Shown here piece after piece: positions 1 through 9,362 of a stretch of 64,000 bases of DNA; position 1 is the first letter of the stretch; the number at the start of each line of letters is the position of its first letter. A model generated the notes under the pieces. That model was not told the origin of the DNA, did no database searches, and saw only the letters and a program-made list of their open reading frames with translations. Location: the NCBI GenBank assembly GCA_040901675.1, contig JBBDYJ010000032.1:229067-293066 (forward strand), written 5' to 3'. A program made the position numbers and the translations under genes. Source of the DNA: Pirellulales bacterium (GTDB lineage: Bacteria > Planctomycetota > Planctomycetia > Pirellulales > JAICIG01).

Positions 1-99
1 CTGCGCGGAGGAATGATGGATCTGGCGACCGCGGGGCTCGAACGGGCCCTGGCCGGACAAACGACGCTCGAAGAGGTGTTCTATAAAGTTTCCAACTGA
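1..99 (+). CDS. 3' end of PilB/GspE-family secretion/pilus assembly ATPase (partial, runs off window)
   Basis: Frame 1 reads ...MMDLATAGLERALAGQTTLEEVFYKVSN*. GxTTLEEV is the typical PilB/GspE C-terminus, and it lies directly upstream of pilC/gspF. Confidence 0.8.
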   Translation: MRGGMMDLATAGLERALAGQTTLEEVFYKVSN

Positions 100-174
100 T
101 CCTCGCCCGTTTTCGATTGTGGCGCCGGCCTCCACCAACCATAACCCGAAATCTCCCTGAGCGAGCACAATGCC

Positions 175-1329
175 ATGCGATGGATTTCCTCAATTGCCGC
201 GCGGGCCGGCGCGGACTCCTGGGCGGACCTCTCGATCCGTGCCGCACTGGGCGGCGGTTCGACCGGCACGGCCGCCCCCAATCCCAGGATCCGCCGACAC
301 GAACTGACGTTCTTGCTGCGCAACCTCGCCACCCTGATCGACAATGGTGTGCCGCTCACGCGGTCGCTGGCCACGTTGGCCCGGGAGCGCACGCTCAAAC
401 AGTACCGGCCGCTGCTGGTAGCCGTCCATCAACAGCTTGAGACAGGCGAGCCGTTCAGCGCCGTGCTGGCCCACTTTCCAGCCGCCTTCGACCAGGCCTT
501 GATCAGCCAGGTGCGCGTCGCTGAACGCTCCGGCACGCTAGCAGGCACCCTGGGCCGGCTGGCGACCCAACTCGAACAAGCCAGCGACGTGCGTTCCCAG
601 GCCTTGCGAAGGTTGGCCTATCCGGCGGTGCTCGTGGTAAGCGGGCTGCTCGTCGTGACGTTCTTTCTGATTTTCGTGATTCCCGTCTTCCAGCAGACGT
701 ATGACGAGGCGAAAGTACCGCTGCCCATGGTCACGCGGATCTTGATTGCGGCGGGCGACTTCGCCGTGGGCTACGGCTGGATCGTGGCCTTGGCGGCGGC
801 GGCGGCCGCGTTTGGCCTCATCCGGCTGCGGTCCAACAAAGCGACGGGGGCGGCTTTCGACGCCACGATGCTGCGGCTGCCCCTGTTCGGCGAATGGCTC
901 CGCGACATGGCCGTGCTGGGCTTCATGGACGTGCTGGGCAACCTGCTGGAGGGCGGCTTCACGATTGTCGACAGCTTGCGCATCTCGGCGGGGACGGTTG
1001 GGAACCGGGCGCTGCGCCAGTGCGTCGAGTCGTTGCACGCCGCCCTGATCCGGGGCGAAAGGTTCAGCCGGGAGCTGGACCGCCACCAGGACGTGTTTCC
1101 GCCGGTGGTCATGCAGCTCGTGGTGGTCGGCGAGAGCACGGGGAAGCTGGTCCAGTCGATCGGCCAGGTTCGCCAGCATTTGCGGCGCGAGGTCGAGCGG
1201 CGCACCAGTCTCCTTGTCGGAACCATCGAACCGATCCTCACCATCAGCCTGGCCGTCATGATCGGCGGAATCGTGCTGGCGATCTACCTGCCGATGTTCG
1301 ACATGATCGGAGCAGTCCAGGGGCGCTGA
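175..1329 (+). CDS. Type II secretion F / PilC family inner-membrane platform protein
   Basis: Two T2SSF repeats (LATLIDNGVPL..., AERSGTL, LAYP; VGESTGKL, IEP, YLPMF). Start codon uncertain. Confidence 0.92.
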   Translation: MRWISSIAARAGADSWADLSIRAALGGGSTGTAAPNPRIRRHELTFLLRNLATLIDNGVPLTRSLATLARERTLKQYRPLLVAVHQQLETGEPFSAVLAHFPAAFDQALISQVRVAERSGTLAGTLGRLATQLEQASDVRSQALRRLAYPAVLVVSGLLVVTFFLIFVIPVFQQTYDEAKVPLPMVTRILIAAGDFAVGYGWIVALAAAAAAFGLIRLRSNKATGAAFDATMLRLPLFGEWLRDMAVLGFMDVLGNLLEGGFTIVDSLRISAGTVGNRALRQCVESLHAALIRGERFSRELDRHQDVFPPVVMQLVVVGESTGKLVQSIGQVRQHLRREVERRTSLLVGTIEPILTISLAVMIGGIVLAIYLPMFDMIGAVQGR

Positions 1330-1331
1330 AT

Positions 1332-1676
1332 ATGGCTTTGCGCATCATCAAGTCGAACCGGCCCGGCGGTTTCACGCTCGTCGAGCTGCTGCTGACCATC
1401 TTTCTTGTGGGCGTTCTGGCCGCCCTGGTTTTGGGGCGCTTCCAGAATTCTCCGCAAGCGCGGGTCCGTGCGTGCTATGTAAATAAAGGGAACATTGAGG
1501 TGCAGGTGCAGCTCTGGTACCGCCAAAAGGCAAGCTGGCCGGCGAACAACCTGAGCGACATCGGCGGGGACGTGGACTATTTTCCGGACGGGCTGCCTGC
1601 CTGTCCGGTCGACTCGACCGCCTACACCCTGGATCCCGCGACGCACGAAGTCACAGGGCACAGCCACGGTGGCTGA
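1332..1676 (+). CDS. Type IV pilin-like protein (major-pilin-sized, paralog 1)
   Basis: ATG 2 nt after the pilC stop; class III signal G|FTLVELL; two Cys; YFPDGLPACPV motif. Confidence 0.88.
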   Translation: MALRIIKSNRPGGFTLVELLLTIFLVGVLAALVLGRFQNSPQARVRACYVNKGNIEVQVQLWYRQKASWPANNLSDIGGDVDYFPDGLPACPVDSTAYTLDPATHEVTGHSHGG

Positions 1677-1715
1677 AGCCGCTTTACGTAACCCGAAGGG
1701 TCAGGGCATCTCACC

Positions 1716-2051
1716 ATGAAACGTCCATTGAAACACCGCGGTGCATTTTCGCTGTTGGAACTGCTGGCCGTGATTACCATCCTCGGCATCATCGCCGTGG
1801 TGGTCATCCCGCGCATCGCCATCTCCAGCGCGACCGCCAAGGAGAACGCCTGCTTCCAGAACAAGGCCGAAGTCAACTCGGCCGTGGAGCGTTTCTTCTT
1901 TGACAGCGGAGCGTTGCCCGCGAACCTGGCCGCGGTCGATACGGCCACTTATTTTCCGGACGGGATTCCCGTCTGTCCCGTGTCGGGCGCCGCCTACACG
2001 CTGGATGCCACTTCCAAGCGAGTCACCGGCCACACTGCCGGCAGTCACTAG
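1716..2051 (+). CDS. Type IV pilin-like protein (major-pilin-sized, paralog 2)
   Basis: A|FSLLELLAVITILGIIA N-methylation motif; YFPDGIPVCPV motif shared with the preceding gene. Confidence 0.92.
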   Translation: MKRPLKHRGAFSLLELLAVITILGIIAVVVIPRIAISSATAKENACFQNKAEVNSAVERFFFDSGALPANLAAVDTATYFPDGIPVCPVSGAAYTLDATSKRVTGHTAGSH

Positions 2052-2093
2052 CTGCCAGGGGCACGCCAGCACGAGCCAGCCGCGGAGGAGGCC

Positions 2094-2561
2094 ATGTTGC
2101 CAGTCGCTGTGCGTCGTGGCGGCGTGACGCTGCTTGAATTGGCTGCCGTGCTGGGCCTGATCGCCATCTTCGTGGCCCTCGCCGCGGCGCGGCTGGGGCC
2201 GCTGCCGATGGGAAACCATCGCGCGGCGGCCGATGCCCGCCGCCTGGCGCTGGACCTGCTGCAAGCGCAACGCCGGGCGATTGCCACGGGCGACAACCAC
2301 TACCTTGAATTCGCCATGAGCGGGCCCCAGGCACTTGGCTACACGATCTACCAGCGCAACTCCGGCGGCGGCGTAACGGCGGTCGACGCGGCGCGCACGT
2401 TCCCCGCTTCGGTAACCGTGACGCCGTCGCACAACGTCGAGGAATTCAATTTCGAGGGGTCCGCTCTGGCCGCCTACCAGGTCACGCTTTCCGGCCCCAA
2501 CCGCGACTGGCGGGTCAGCGTTGTCCCGTTGAGCGGCGCCGTCCAAGTCGAGGAGCTATAA
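2094..2561 (+). CDS. Minor pilin, GspH/FimT-like
   Basis: GGAGGAG RBS; G|VTLLEL; 'ARRLALDLLQAQRRAI' helix typical of GspH/FimT; FNFEG near the C-terminus. Confidence 0.8.
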   Translation: MLPVAVRRGGVTLLELAAVLGLIAIFVALAAARLGPLPMGNHRAAADARRLALDLLQAQRRAIATGDNHYLEFAMSGPQALGYTIYQRNSGGGVTAVDAARTFPASVTVTPSHNVEEFNFEGSALAAYQVTLSGPNRDWRVSVVPLSGAVQVEEL

Positions 2562-2564
2562 GCC

Positions 2565-3014
2565 ATGGCCGCTTCACGCAATGCTCCGCCGCGGCCAGGC
2601 CACACCCTCCTGGAGCTCGTGGCCGCCACGGCCCTGTTGACGATCACCCTGGTACCCGCCTTAAGGATCATGCGAGACACCCTGACCAACAGCCGCAAGA
2701 CCGAAACGCTGGGCATTCTGACTGCGCTCTGCGTGGACAAGCTGGAGCAACACCTGGTACTGACCGGCGCCGACTGGCAGGAGACCACCGCCACCGGCAG
2801 CTTTGCCTCGTTGGGCTACCCAGGCTACCGCTATCGCGTCGAGCGCTCTGATGAGCTGGCCGATGGCGGCATCCCCAACCGGTTGATGGCGGTCACCGCG
2901 ACGGCCTTCGATGACCAGAACTCCAGCGGCGCGCTCGACGCGGCCGAGCCCTACGTGCGTTTTTCTACCAAGGTGGCCCAGTTGCGAAGTTACCGAAATG
3001 AAGCGGGCAACTAA
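2565..3014 (+). CDS. Minor pilin, GspI/PilV-like
   Basis: G|HTLLEL followed by a hydrophobic helix; position in the H-I-J-K series. Confidence 0.75.
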   Translation: MAASRNAPPRPGHTLLELVAATALLTITLVPALRIMRDTLTNSRKTETLGILTALCVDKLEQHLVLTGADWQETTATGSFASLGYPGYRYRVERSDELADGGIPNRLMAVTATAFDDQNSSGALDAAEPYVRFSTKVAQLRSYRNEAGN

Positions 3015-3513
3015 ACGGCGCGCCCTGACGCTCCTGGAGCTGGTCACAGCCACCGCGCTGTTGGCCACGCTGGTCACTGCCGTGGCCGTCTTGCTGCGCG
3101 GCGCGCACGCCGCATGGCAAGGGCACGACAACGACCTGGCGCGGCTGGAAGCCGCCCACGCCACGCTGCGGCACCTGGTCCGCAACATACGGCAGGCGCA
3201 GGCGGTATCGGCCGTCAGCCCGGCGGGCGATCTATCTGGGGCGCTCTCGATTGTCATGCCCTCCGGCCAGACATACGCCTGGGATCACGACGACGTTGCC
3301 GAGCGGGTCAACTTCGGCATTACGTCGGCCAGCGACCTGCTGGCCGAGGAAATCAGCGAGCTGAACTTCGTCGGTTACCGGGCGGACGGCACAACCAGCA
3401 CCACGGCGGTCGAGGAGATCCAGTCGATCGACTGCCAAGTGACGGTCGAGCTGCCACGCCAGGCCGGCGGTTCGCGCACCGTGATCACCAGGGCCTGGCT
3501 CAGAAGTTGGTGA
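2998..3513 (+). CDS. Minor pilin, GspJ/PilW-like
   Basis: ATG at 2998 overlaps the previous gene; MKRATKRRA|LTLLEL; 'LRHLVRNIRQA' motif. Confidence 0.78.
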   Translation: MKRATKRRALTLLELVTATALLATLVTAVAVLLRGAHAAWQGHDNDLARLEAAHATLRHLVRNIRQAQAVSAVSPAGDLSGALSIVMPSGQTYAWDHDDVAERVNFGITSASDLLAEEISELNFVGYRADGTTSTTAVEEIQSIDCQVTVELPRQAGGSRTVITRAWLRSW

Positions 3514-3518
3514 ACGGC

Positions 3519-3920
3519 ATGCGCACAAACCAGCTTGCCCCCCGCCGCCCCAGGCCGCCCCCCGCCGCCCGCCGGGGCACGGCCCTGGTGGTCTGCATTT
3601 TCGTCGTTTCCATGACGTCGGTGATCCTGGTGTCCATGCTCGAAGCGGAAACGCTGCGACTGACCGCGCTGCGCAATGCATCGGATTACGACCGGGCATT
3701 GTACCTGGCCGGGGCCGCGGCGCACGAGGCGCTGGCCGAACTGGAGACGGATCCGAGCTGGCGCACGGGAGTCAGTGCCAGCGATTTCCCGTCGGGCAGC
3801 GGCGGCGCCTATACCGCGTCGCTGGCCGACTCGGCCGCCAACACCGTGGTTATCAGCGCCGACGGCAGCTTCGGCGGCGTGACCCGCAGGTTGACCGTTA
3901 CCGTTTATCTGGCCCGTTGA
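3519..3920 (+). CDS. Minor pilin, PilX/GspK-like
   Basis: RRG|TALVV without Glu5, as in GspK/PilX; 'RALYLAGAAAHEALAEL' resembles the PilX_N motif. Alternative GTG start at 3510. Confidence 0.75.
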   Translation: MRTNQLAPRRPRPPPAARRGTALVVCIFVVSMTSVILVSMLEAETLRLTALRNASDYDRALYLAGAAAHEALAELETDPSWRTGVSASDFPSGSGGAYTASLADSAANTVVISADGSFGGVTRRLTVTVYLAR

Positions 3921-5431
3921 GCAAACCGATGCTGCCCCGAAAAAAGAGCAGTCCGCCGTGTGCGGCCATCGAGGTTTGCCGCTCGAAGCTGCACCTGGCG
4001 GTCGTCGAGCGCCGAAACGACGAAGGCCCCCAGGCGGCCCGGGTGCGCAGCATCGTGTGGCGCCAGACGAGTAGCGCGGCGTACTCGGACGCGGGCCTGA
4101 ATGAGCTGGCGGCGGCCGTGACCTCGCTGATCCACGAGGAGCGGCTGGCGGGCGGCGAGATCAGCTTCACGCTAGGCGGCGACCACTGCGTCACGCGCGT
4201 GGCGGTGGGCACCTTGGAGCACGTCCGGCGCGAGCTGCGGCTGCTCGAAGAACGCAGCGCCGTTTACCTGGCACCCGGCCGCGGCCGCAAGGCGCTGGCC
4301 GATTGCATGGAGCCGCTCGACGCGCGGCACCACCATGCCATGCTCAGCGTGACCAACGAAAAGCTGCTTTCGACGTTGGTGCAAGTGGCCGCGCGGTCGG
4401 GAGTGGCGATCGATCGGGTCGAGCCCTCGCTGGTGGCGCTGTCGCGCGCCATGGGGCACTCGCGCCGGGACGCCGAGGCGCCTCTGTTAATCGTCAACGT
4501 AACCGAGGTGGGCGTGCAATTGGGCATCTCCCTGGCAGGCCGGTTGTTGCTCGATTACCACCCCAGCGGCAGGACGGACGCCCTGGATCCGGGCCAGATC
4601 GTCGCGGCCCATTTGGAGCGCCTGCAGCGATGGTGCGAGCGCTACTACGGGTTTGCCTCGAAACGCCTCGAACGGGCAGTGCTGGTCGGATCTGCGGAAG
4701 CCGTCGACCGAGCGCGCGGCCGGTTCGCGGAACGCACCGGATTGGCGGTCGAGGTGCTGCGCCCTGCTTCCATGAATCCGCGCTGGACCTTTGCCGAGGG
4801 ACCTCCGGGAGCCGAGCACGCGGCCGTGCTGGGCACCTGCCTGGTTGAAGACCTGCCGTCCCGCGGCCGCGCGGGTCCCAACCTGATGGACCGCATTCGA
4901 AGGAATCAGCGCGAACCGCTGCTGCAAGGGCTGGCGCGCCGCAGTTGGCCGATCGGGGTTGCCGCGGTGGTCGCGGTCATCCTGCTGACACTGAACCTCG
5001 TCGAAGGCGTGAGGAGCCGCCTTGTCCTGCGGCAATTGGAAGCGGTCGAGCAGTCGAACGATCGGGCCTGGTTGCTTCGCACGCAGATGGCGCAGGCCGA
5101 CGCCCGCGTCCACCGGCTGCGGCGGCTGGAAGCGACGGTTTTTCATCCGGCCTGGGACGAGCTGTTGACGGTGTTCGCGCAATGCCTGCCGGAAAACGCC
5201 TGGCTGGACCGCTTGACCGTGACCGCCGAAAGACTGATCTCGATCAGCGGCACGAGCTATTCCGATGAGGCGGCCTATAGTTTTGTCCGCTGGCTGGAGA
5301 CCGCTCCGCACGTGCGGCGGGTGGTGCTGGAAGGGACGTCGCCGGCAAGATTTGGCACCTATTCGGCGACTACTTTTGACGTTCAGTGCGAAGCTGCCGC
5401 GGTGGAGCCTCCCGCGCAGGAGCGACAGTGA
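3917..5431 (+). CDS. PilM-like/PilN-like fused assembly protein (GspL-like architecture)
   Basis: N-terminal ~340 aa resemble the actin-like PilM fold (AIEV...; VEPSLVALSRA; VLVG). Then NLM motif, TM helix, coiled coil and PilN-like 'LPENAWLDRL...ISISG'. Confidence 0.7.
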   Translation: MSKPMLPRKKSSPPCAAIEVCRSKLHLAVVERRNDEGPQAARVRSIVWRQTSSAAYSDAGLNELAAAVTSLIHEERLAGGEISFTLGGDHCVTRVAVGTLEHVRRELRLLEERSAVYLAPGRGRKALADCMEPLDARHHHAMLSVTNEKLLSTLVQVAARSGVAIDRVEPSLVALSRAMGHSRRDAEAPLLIVNVTEVGVQLGISLAGRLLLDYHPSGRTDALDPGQIVAAHLERLQRWCERYYGFASKRLERAVLVGSAEAVDRARGRFAERTGLAVEVLRPASMNPRWTFAEGPPGAEHAAVLGTCLVEDLPSRGRAGPNLMDRIRRNQREPLLQGLARRSWPIGVAAVVAVILLTLNLVEGVRSRLVLRQLEAVEQSNDRAWLLRTQMAQADARVHRLRRLEATVFHPAWDELLTVFAQCLPENAWLDRLTVTAERLISISGTSYSDEAAYSFVRWLETAPHVRRVVLEGTSPARFGTYSATTFDVQCEAAAVEPPAQERQ

Positions 5432-6051
5432 TGATTGAAACGGTCCTAAGGTACTACGTCAGGATCGTGTCCCGCCGCTGGATCGTCATAATCCTTACTT
5501 TGGCCGTGGTGGTGCTGGTGATCTGGCCTGCCGCCGATGATTACTCTGATTTGAGGGTCCAGCGCGGCAAGCTGCTGGCCGTGCTGGAGGAGACGCGTCT
5601 TGCCGTGGCGCCGCTTCAACGCCTGGAAGTTGAGGCGGCGCAACGGCAGGCCGTGCTCGACCAGCTTGAAAGCGGATTGGTGAAGGAAGACCAGGTCCAC
5701 GTCTTCCGCAAGAAGGTGGTTGCTCTGGTGCGCGAGTCGGGCTGCGTGATGCGCCGGATACGCGTCGGCTCGACCGCCGTGCAGCCGTGGACCGACGACG
5801 ACAGCCAGCCGCGGACCGTCGCGGCGGCAGGTGGAACAACCCGTTGGCTCGTGAAAACGCGGCCGCTGTCGCTGACGGTCGCCGGATCGTTGGAGGAAGT
5901 GAAGCAACTACTGGCCCGGCTGCGGCAGGCAGGCCGCTGGCTGCACACGCGGAACCTCTCCTTGCGCGGCGAAGGTGCCAGCGCCGGAAAGGTCGTGTTG
6001 GAACTGGAGCTGCTGATGTACGATCTTGCGGCGAGTCCTGAGTCAAGCTAA
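5431..6051 (+). CDS. PilO/GspM-like membrane protein
   Basis: N-terminal TM helix, coiled coil and 'LSLTVAGSLEEVKQLLARL' PilO-like motif; overlaps the previous stop codon. Confidence 0.7.
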   Translation: MIETVLRYYVRIVSRRWIVIILTLAVVVLVIWPAADDYSDLRVQRGKLLAVLEETRLAVAPLQRLEVEAAQRQAVLDQLESGLVKEDQVHVFRKKVVALVRESGCVMRRIRVGSTAVQPWTDDDSQPRTVAAAGGTTRWLVKTRPLSLTVAGSLEEVKQLLARLRQAGRWLHTRNLSLRGEGASAGKVVLELELLMYDLAASPESS

Positions 6052-6098
6052 AAAAAACACGGGCCGACGCCGCTGAGGCCCGCGGTCACGGACGACAT

Positions 6099-8105
6099 AT
6101 GATCTGGTTCGCCCCACGCCCCGCTCGGTATGCTTGCGCCGCCGCTCTTCGAGCGGCCGCCTGGCGGCTGGCGGTTTTCACCTGCCTGGTAGCGTGGGCC
6201 AGCGAACTGCCGGCTCAGCAGCGCCTGGCCGAGGCGCCCGCCATGGATCCGCTGCTGGTGGCCCGGCTGGCCAAGACAGGCGATCTCACGCTGCGCGGCA
6301 CCACGCTCTCCGAAGCCCTTTTCACCATCAGCGACGTCTGGCAAATCAACCTGGTTGTCGGCGAAGAGATCCAGGGCCAGGTCAACGGAACTTTCACCCA
6401 GGCGCCTTTGAGCGAAGTGCTCGATGCGATTCTGCTGACCAACGGCTACAGCTACCGTCCGGTCGGCCGGAGCCTCGTCGTGATGAAGCTGGAACAACTG
6501 GGCGACATGAACCCGCTCTTTCAAACGGCCGCCATCACGCTGGCCAACGGCAATCCGGAGGACCTGGTCGACAGCGCCTCGTCGCTCAGCTCGCCGCAGG
6601 GAAAGGTGAAGAGCATTCCGTCTGCCCGCAGCTTGCTGGTCGTCGACTTTCCGGACCGGGTGGCGATGATCCGACAGTTCGTCGAGGAGATCGACGCGGC
6701 CGCCGGCCGACAGCACCAAGGGGGTGCCATCGGGGTGGGGACGCAACATGAGACGGCCCACTTTGCTCCCCAGTTCGTCCCCGCCACCGCCCTGAAGGAC
6801 ACGGTCCAGTCGCTGTTGAGCACCACGGGAACAGTGGACGTGATCCTGGGGGAAAACCGCCTCGTGGCCACGGGCGAAGCCAATCGGCTGCGCGTCGTGC
6901 GGCGCGTGATCGAAGAACTGGACGTGCCACGGGCGCAAGTCCGCATTACCGCCCTGATCTACGACATCAGCACCGAGGACCTGGACAGGCTCGGCATCAA
7001 CTGGGGCAGCGCGGTCAAAGGGCGTCACGACGGCGAGGGAAACCCGCAATCGCTGTTCGCCGTCGATTCGCTGCTGACGGCGCCTTTAACCAGCGGCGCG
7101 CTCAATGGGGCCATGACCTTCATGAACCTCAGCCGCAGCTTCGACCTGACCGCCATCGCCGAGGCCTTGCAAGAGGCCAACGACTCGCGGCTGCTGGCCG
7201 ACCCCAGCGTGACGGTCGTCGACCACGAAAAGGCCATGATCTCCATCGTGGCCGAAATCCCCTTCCAACAGCTCACCCAGACCCAGCAGGGGGGCAACAT
7301 CGGCACCACCGCCTTCAAGGAAGCCGGCGTCAAGCTCGACGTCACCCCTCACATCGCCAACGACGGCACGATCGGCCTGGAGGTCTGGCCCGTCTTCAGC
7401 CGGCTGACAGGATTTACACCCGGCGAGGCCCCAATGCCGATCATTGACAAGCGCGAAGCCCACACCGTCGTGCGGGTAGCCAACGGGCAAGTTCTGGTGA
7501 TTGGCGGCCTCCGCCAGCGCAGCGACCTGGGCACGTTCGCGGGCGTCCCGGTGCTGAAGGACATCAAGCTCCTGGGCAAGCTCTTTCGCAGCCGCAACAC
7601 GCGGGTGCGCGAAAGCGAGCTGGTGGTGTTTATCATGCCCGAGCTCGTCACCCCCTTCGATTCCGGCAATCCGCGCGACCACGCCGCCCTGGGCCATTCC
7701 CAGCACCACCTGGACCGAATCCCTCCGGCCCATGCCCCGCACTTCCGAAGGGACCTTGGTCCGCGGGGTGACCGCCCCGCAGTCGAGCGAGTCGAACCTC
7801 CCCCCGCCGACGTTCGCGGCCAAGAAGCCGGCGATGCGCTGCCCTTGGAGCTGCCCTTGCCCGGCAGTGCCTCGTATCCGAGGACCGATGGTCCCGGCAA
7901 GCCGGCCGCGCGGCACACCAGGCGGCCCAAAGGACCGCGATACATGCAGAGCCAGGCCTCGAGAGCGGATGGCTTGCAGCTTTTTTCGTGGTCCGCGATA
8001 GCGCCTCGGGAGATTCCCCGCGCCGCCGAGCCACCGCCAACCAGGCATGGAGCAACAGAGCGCTCCGCCGCACTCTGGTATAACCCGCGCACCTGGCGCC
8101 GGTAG
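6099..8105 (+). CDS. Secretin (PilQ/GspD family)
   Basis: LDVPRAQVRITALI, LLADPSVTV, GVKLDVTPHI, VLVIGGL, VPVLKDIKLLGKLFR, ELVVFIMP; Pro-rich C-terminal tail. Confidence 0.93.
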   Translation: MIWFAPRPARYACAAALRAAAWRLAVFTCLVAWASELPAQQRLAEAPAMDPLLVARLAKTGDLTLRGTTLSEALFTISDVWQINLVVGEEIQGQVNGTFTQAPLSEVLDAILLTNGYSYRPVGRSLVVMKLEQLGDMNPLFQTAAITLANGNPEDLVDSASSLSSPQGKVKSIPSARSLLVVDFPDRVAMIRQFVEEIDAAAGRQHQGGAIGVGTQHETAHFAPQFVPATALKDTVQSLLSTTGTVDVILGENRLVATGEANRLRVVRRVIEELDVPRAQVRITALIYDISTEDLDRLGINWGSAVKGRHDGEGNPQSLFAVDSLLTAPLTSGALNGAMTFMNLSRSFDLTAIAEALQEANDSRLLADPSVTVVDHEKAMISIVAEIPFQQLTQTQQGGNIGTTAFKEAGVKLDVTPHIANDGTIGLEVWPVFSRLTGFTPGEAPMPIIDKREAHTVVRVANGQVLVIGGLRQRSDLGTFAGVPVLKDIKLLGKLFRSRNTRVRESELVVFIMPELVTPFDSGNPRDHAALGHSQHHLDRIPPAHAPHFRRDLGPRGDRPAVERVEPPPADVRGQEAGDALPLELPLPGSASYPRTDGPGKPAARHTRRPKGPRYMQSQASRADGLQLFSWSAIAPREIPRAAEPPPTRHGATERSAALWYNPRTWRR

Positions 8106-8122
8106 CAAGTGCGCAAGGCCGG

Positions 8123-8590
8123 TCAATCGCCGGCGCGGCGCAGTTGGTCCAAACGGTCCTGGGCCGCCTCGATCTGAAGCCGCAGCAGTTTGCGCTGGTC
8201 GGCATGCTGCTGCTGGAACAAAAGCTTCTCTTCGTCCAGCCCTTCCAGCCGCAATTCGAGCTCGAGGGCGGCCAGCCGTTCGTCGTCGAGGGTGACCATG
8301 AACAGTTGCGGGGCATGCGTGCCGGCGATCCGCTCGTACTCGGCGATTCGCCGAGCCCGCATGCCCAGCTCGGTCCGCGCCAGCCGGATTTCGTTTTCGA
8401 GGCGGCGGACCGTCATTGGATAGTCGACCTTGAGATACCGGCGCTCGTGAAGCCGGGCCATCTGCAGTTCCCGCGCGGCGGCAACAACCGCCCGCCCCCC
8501 GGGCTCCTCGCCCGACACGGCGGCCGCCGAAAACTGGCACGCGCAAAACAGGAAGCAACCCAGCAGCGGCCGTCTGGCGAGCGGGATCAT
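8123..8590 (-). CDS. Hypothetical secreted coiled-coil protein
   Basis: MIPLARRPLLGCFLFCAC... signal-peptide-like start; long E/R/L-rich helical body; convergent with the secretin gene. Confidence 0.6.
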   Translation of the reverse strand: MIPLARRPLLGCFLFCACQFSAAAVSGEEPGGRAVVAAARELQMARLHERRYLKVDYPMTVRRLENEIRLARTELGMRARRIAEYERIAGTHAPQLFMVTLDDERLAALELELRLEGLDEEKLLFQQQHADQRKLLRLQIEAAQDRLDQLRRAGD

Positions 8591-8755
8591 GGTGAGGTTC
8601 TCCGGTATAGGCTGGAAATGCGGCACAACTGTGTCTGTCCACCCTAATTGGGCCGGCTGGCGGGGACAAGCCGGCGCCTGGGGGTGCACTCCTGCCCCGG
8701 CGAATGCTATCGTTTCGACGGAGTGTTCAAGCAAGTGCCCCGGCGTCTTATCATC

Positions 8756-9247
8756 ATGTCCCGCGGCAAGTTACTGTTCCCGGTCTTCGCGGCTTTTGTC
8801 GCTCTGGCCTGCGCTGCGACGGCTGGCTGCGGCAGCCGGACGGCTTCGCAGGCGGCCGCGGCCCCGGCGCCCGCTCCAGAACGGTCCGATCCGCCGGCTC
8901 CGTCAGCGATGGCGGGCGGCGCCGACGTGGAAGCGGAGGATGCCTTCAATCGACGGGCTTTGGTTTTTAAGCCGCCTTATCCTGAGCGCCGGGAGTTGTT
9001 CCTGCCCCCCCAAGAGCCGGTGGATGCCGCGGCGGTCGAGGAGGTCGGGCGCCCCCGCGTCAAGCTCAAGGGGTTCGCGAATCTCGATGGTTTGAAGGCG
9101 CTGGTCTCGGTCGACGGGGTGGTTAGCGCGGTCGAAAGCGGCCAGTTCCGCGGTGACGTGCAGGTGATATCGATCCAACCACCGCGTGTCACCTTCCAGC
9201 GAGACGGGCACCGCTGGACCGAGTCGCTGTATAGGCCGTCGAACTGA
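8756..9247 (+). CDS. PilP/GspC(HR)-like lipoprotein
   Basis: Lipobox TAG|C; Ala/Pro linker; 'RRELF.PP' then beta domain 'LKGFAN...ALVSVDG...G.VQVISIQPPRVTF'. Confidence 0.62.
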   Translation: MSRGKLLFPVFAAFVALACAATAGCGSRTASQAAAAPAPAPERSDPPAPSAMAGGADVEAEDAFNRRALVFKPPYPERRELFLPPQEPVDAAAVEEVGRPRVKLKGFANLDGLKALVSVDGVVSAVESGQFRGDVQVISIQPPRVTFQRDGHRWTESLYRPSN

Positions 9248-9362
9248 ATCCGCCCCCGCTCTCCACGCCCAACCTATGCTTGGTGGGGCGGCCGGCCCAG
9301 CCGGAAACACGCCCTTCGGTCCCGCCTATTCAAACCGCCCGCCTACTCAAGCGAGAATGCCC

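Noticed and set aside
6050..6057. A8 tract upstream of the secretin as a phase-variation switch
   Set aside because: It overlaps the pilO stop and intergenic DNA, so slippage would shift no reading frame, and no promoter role is evident.
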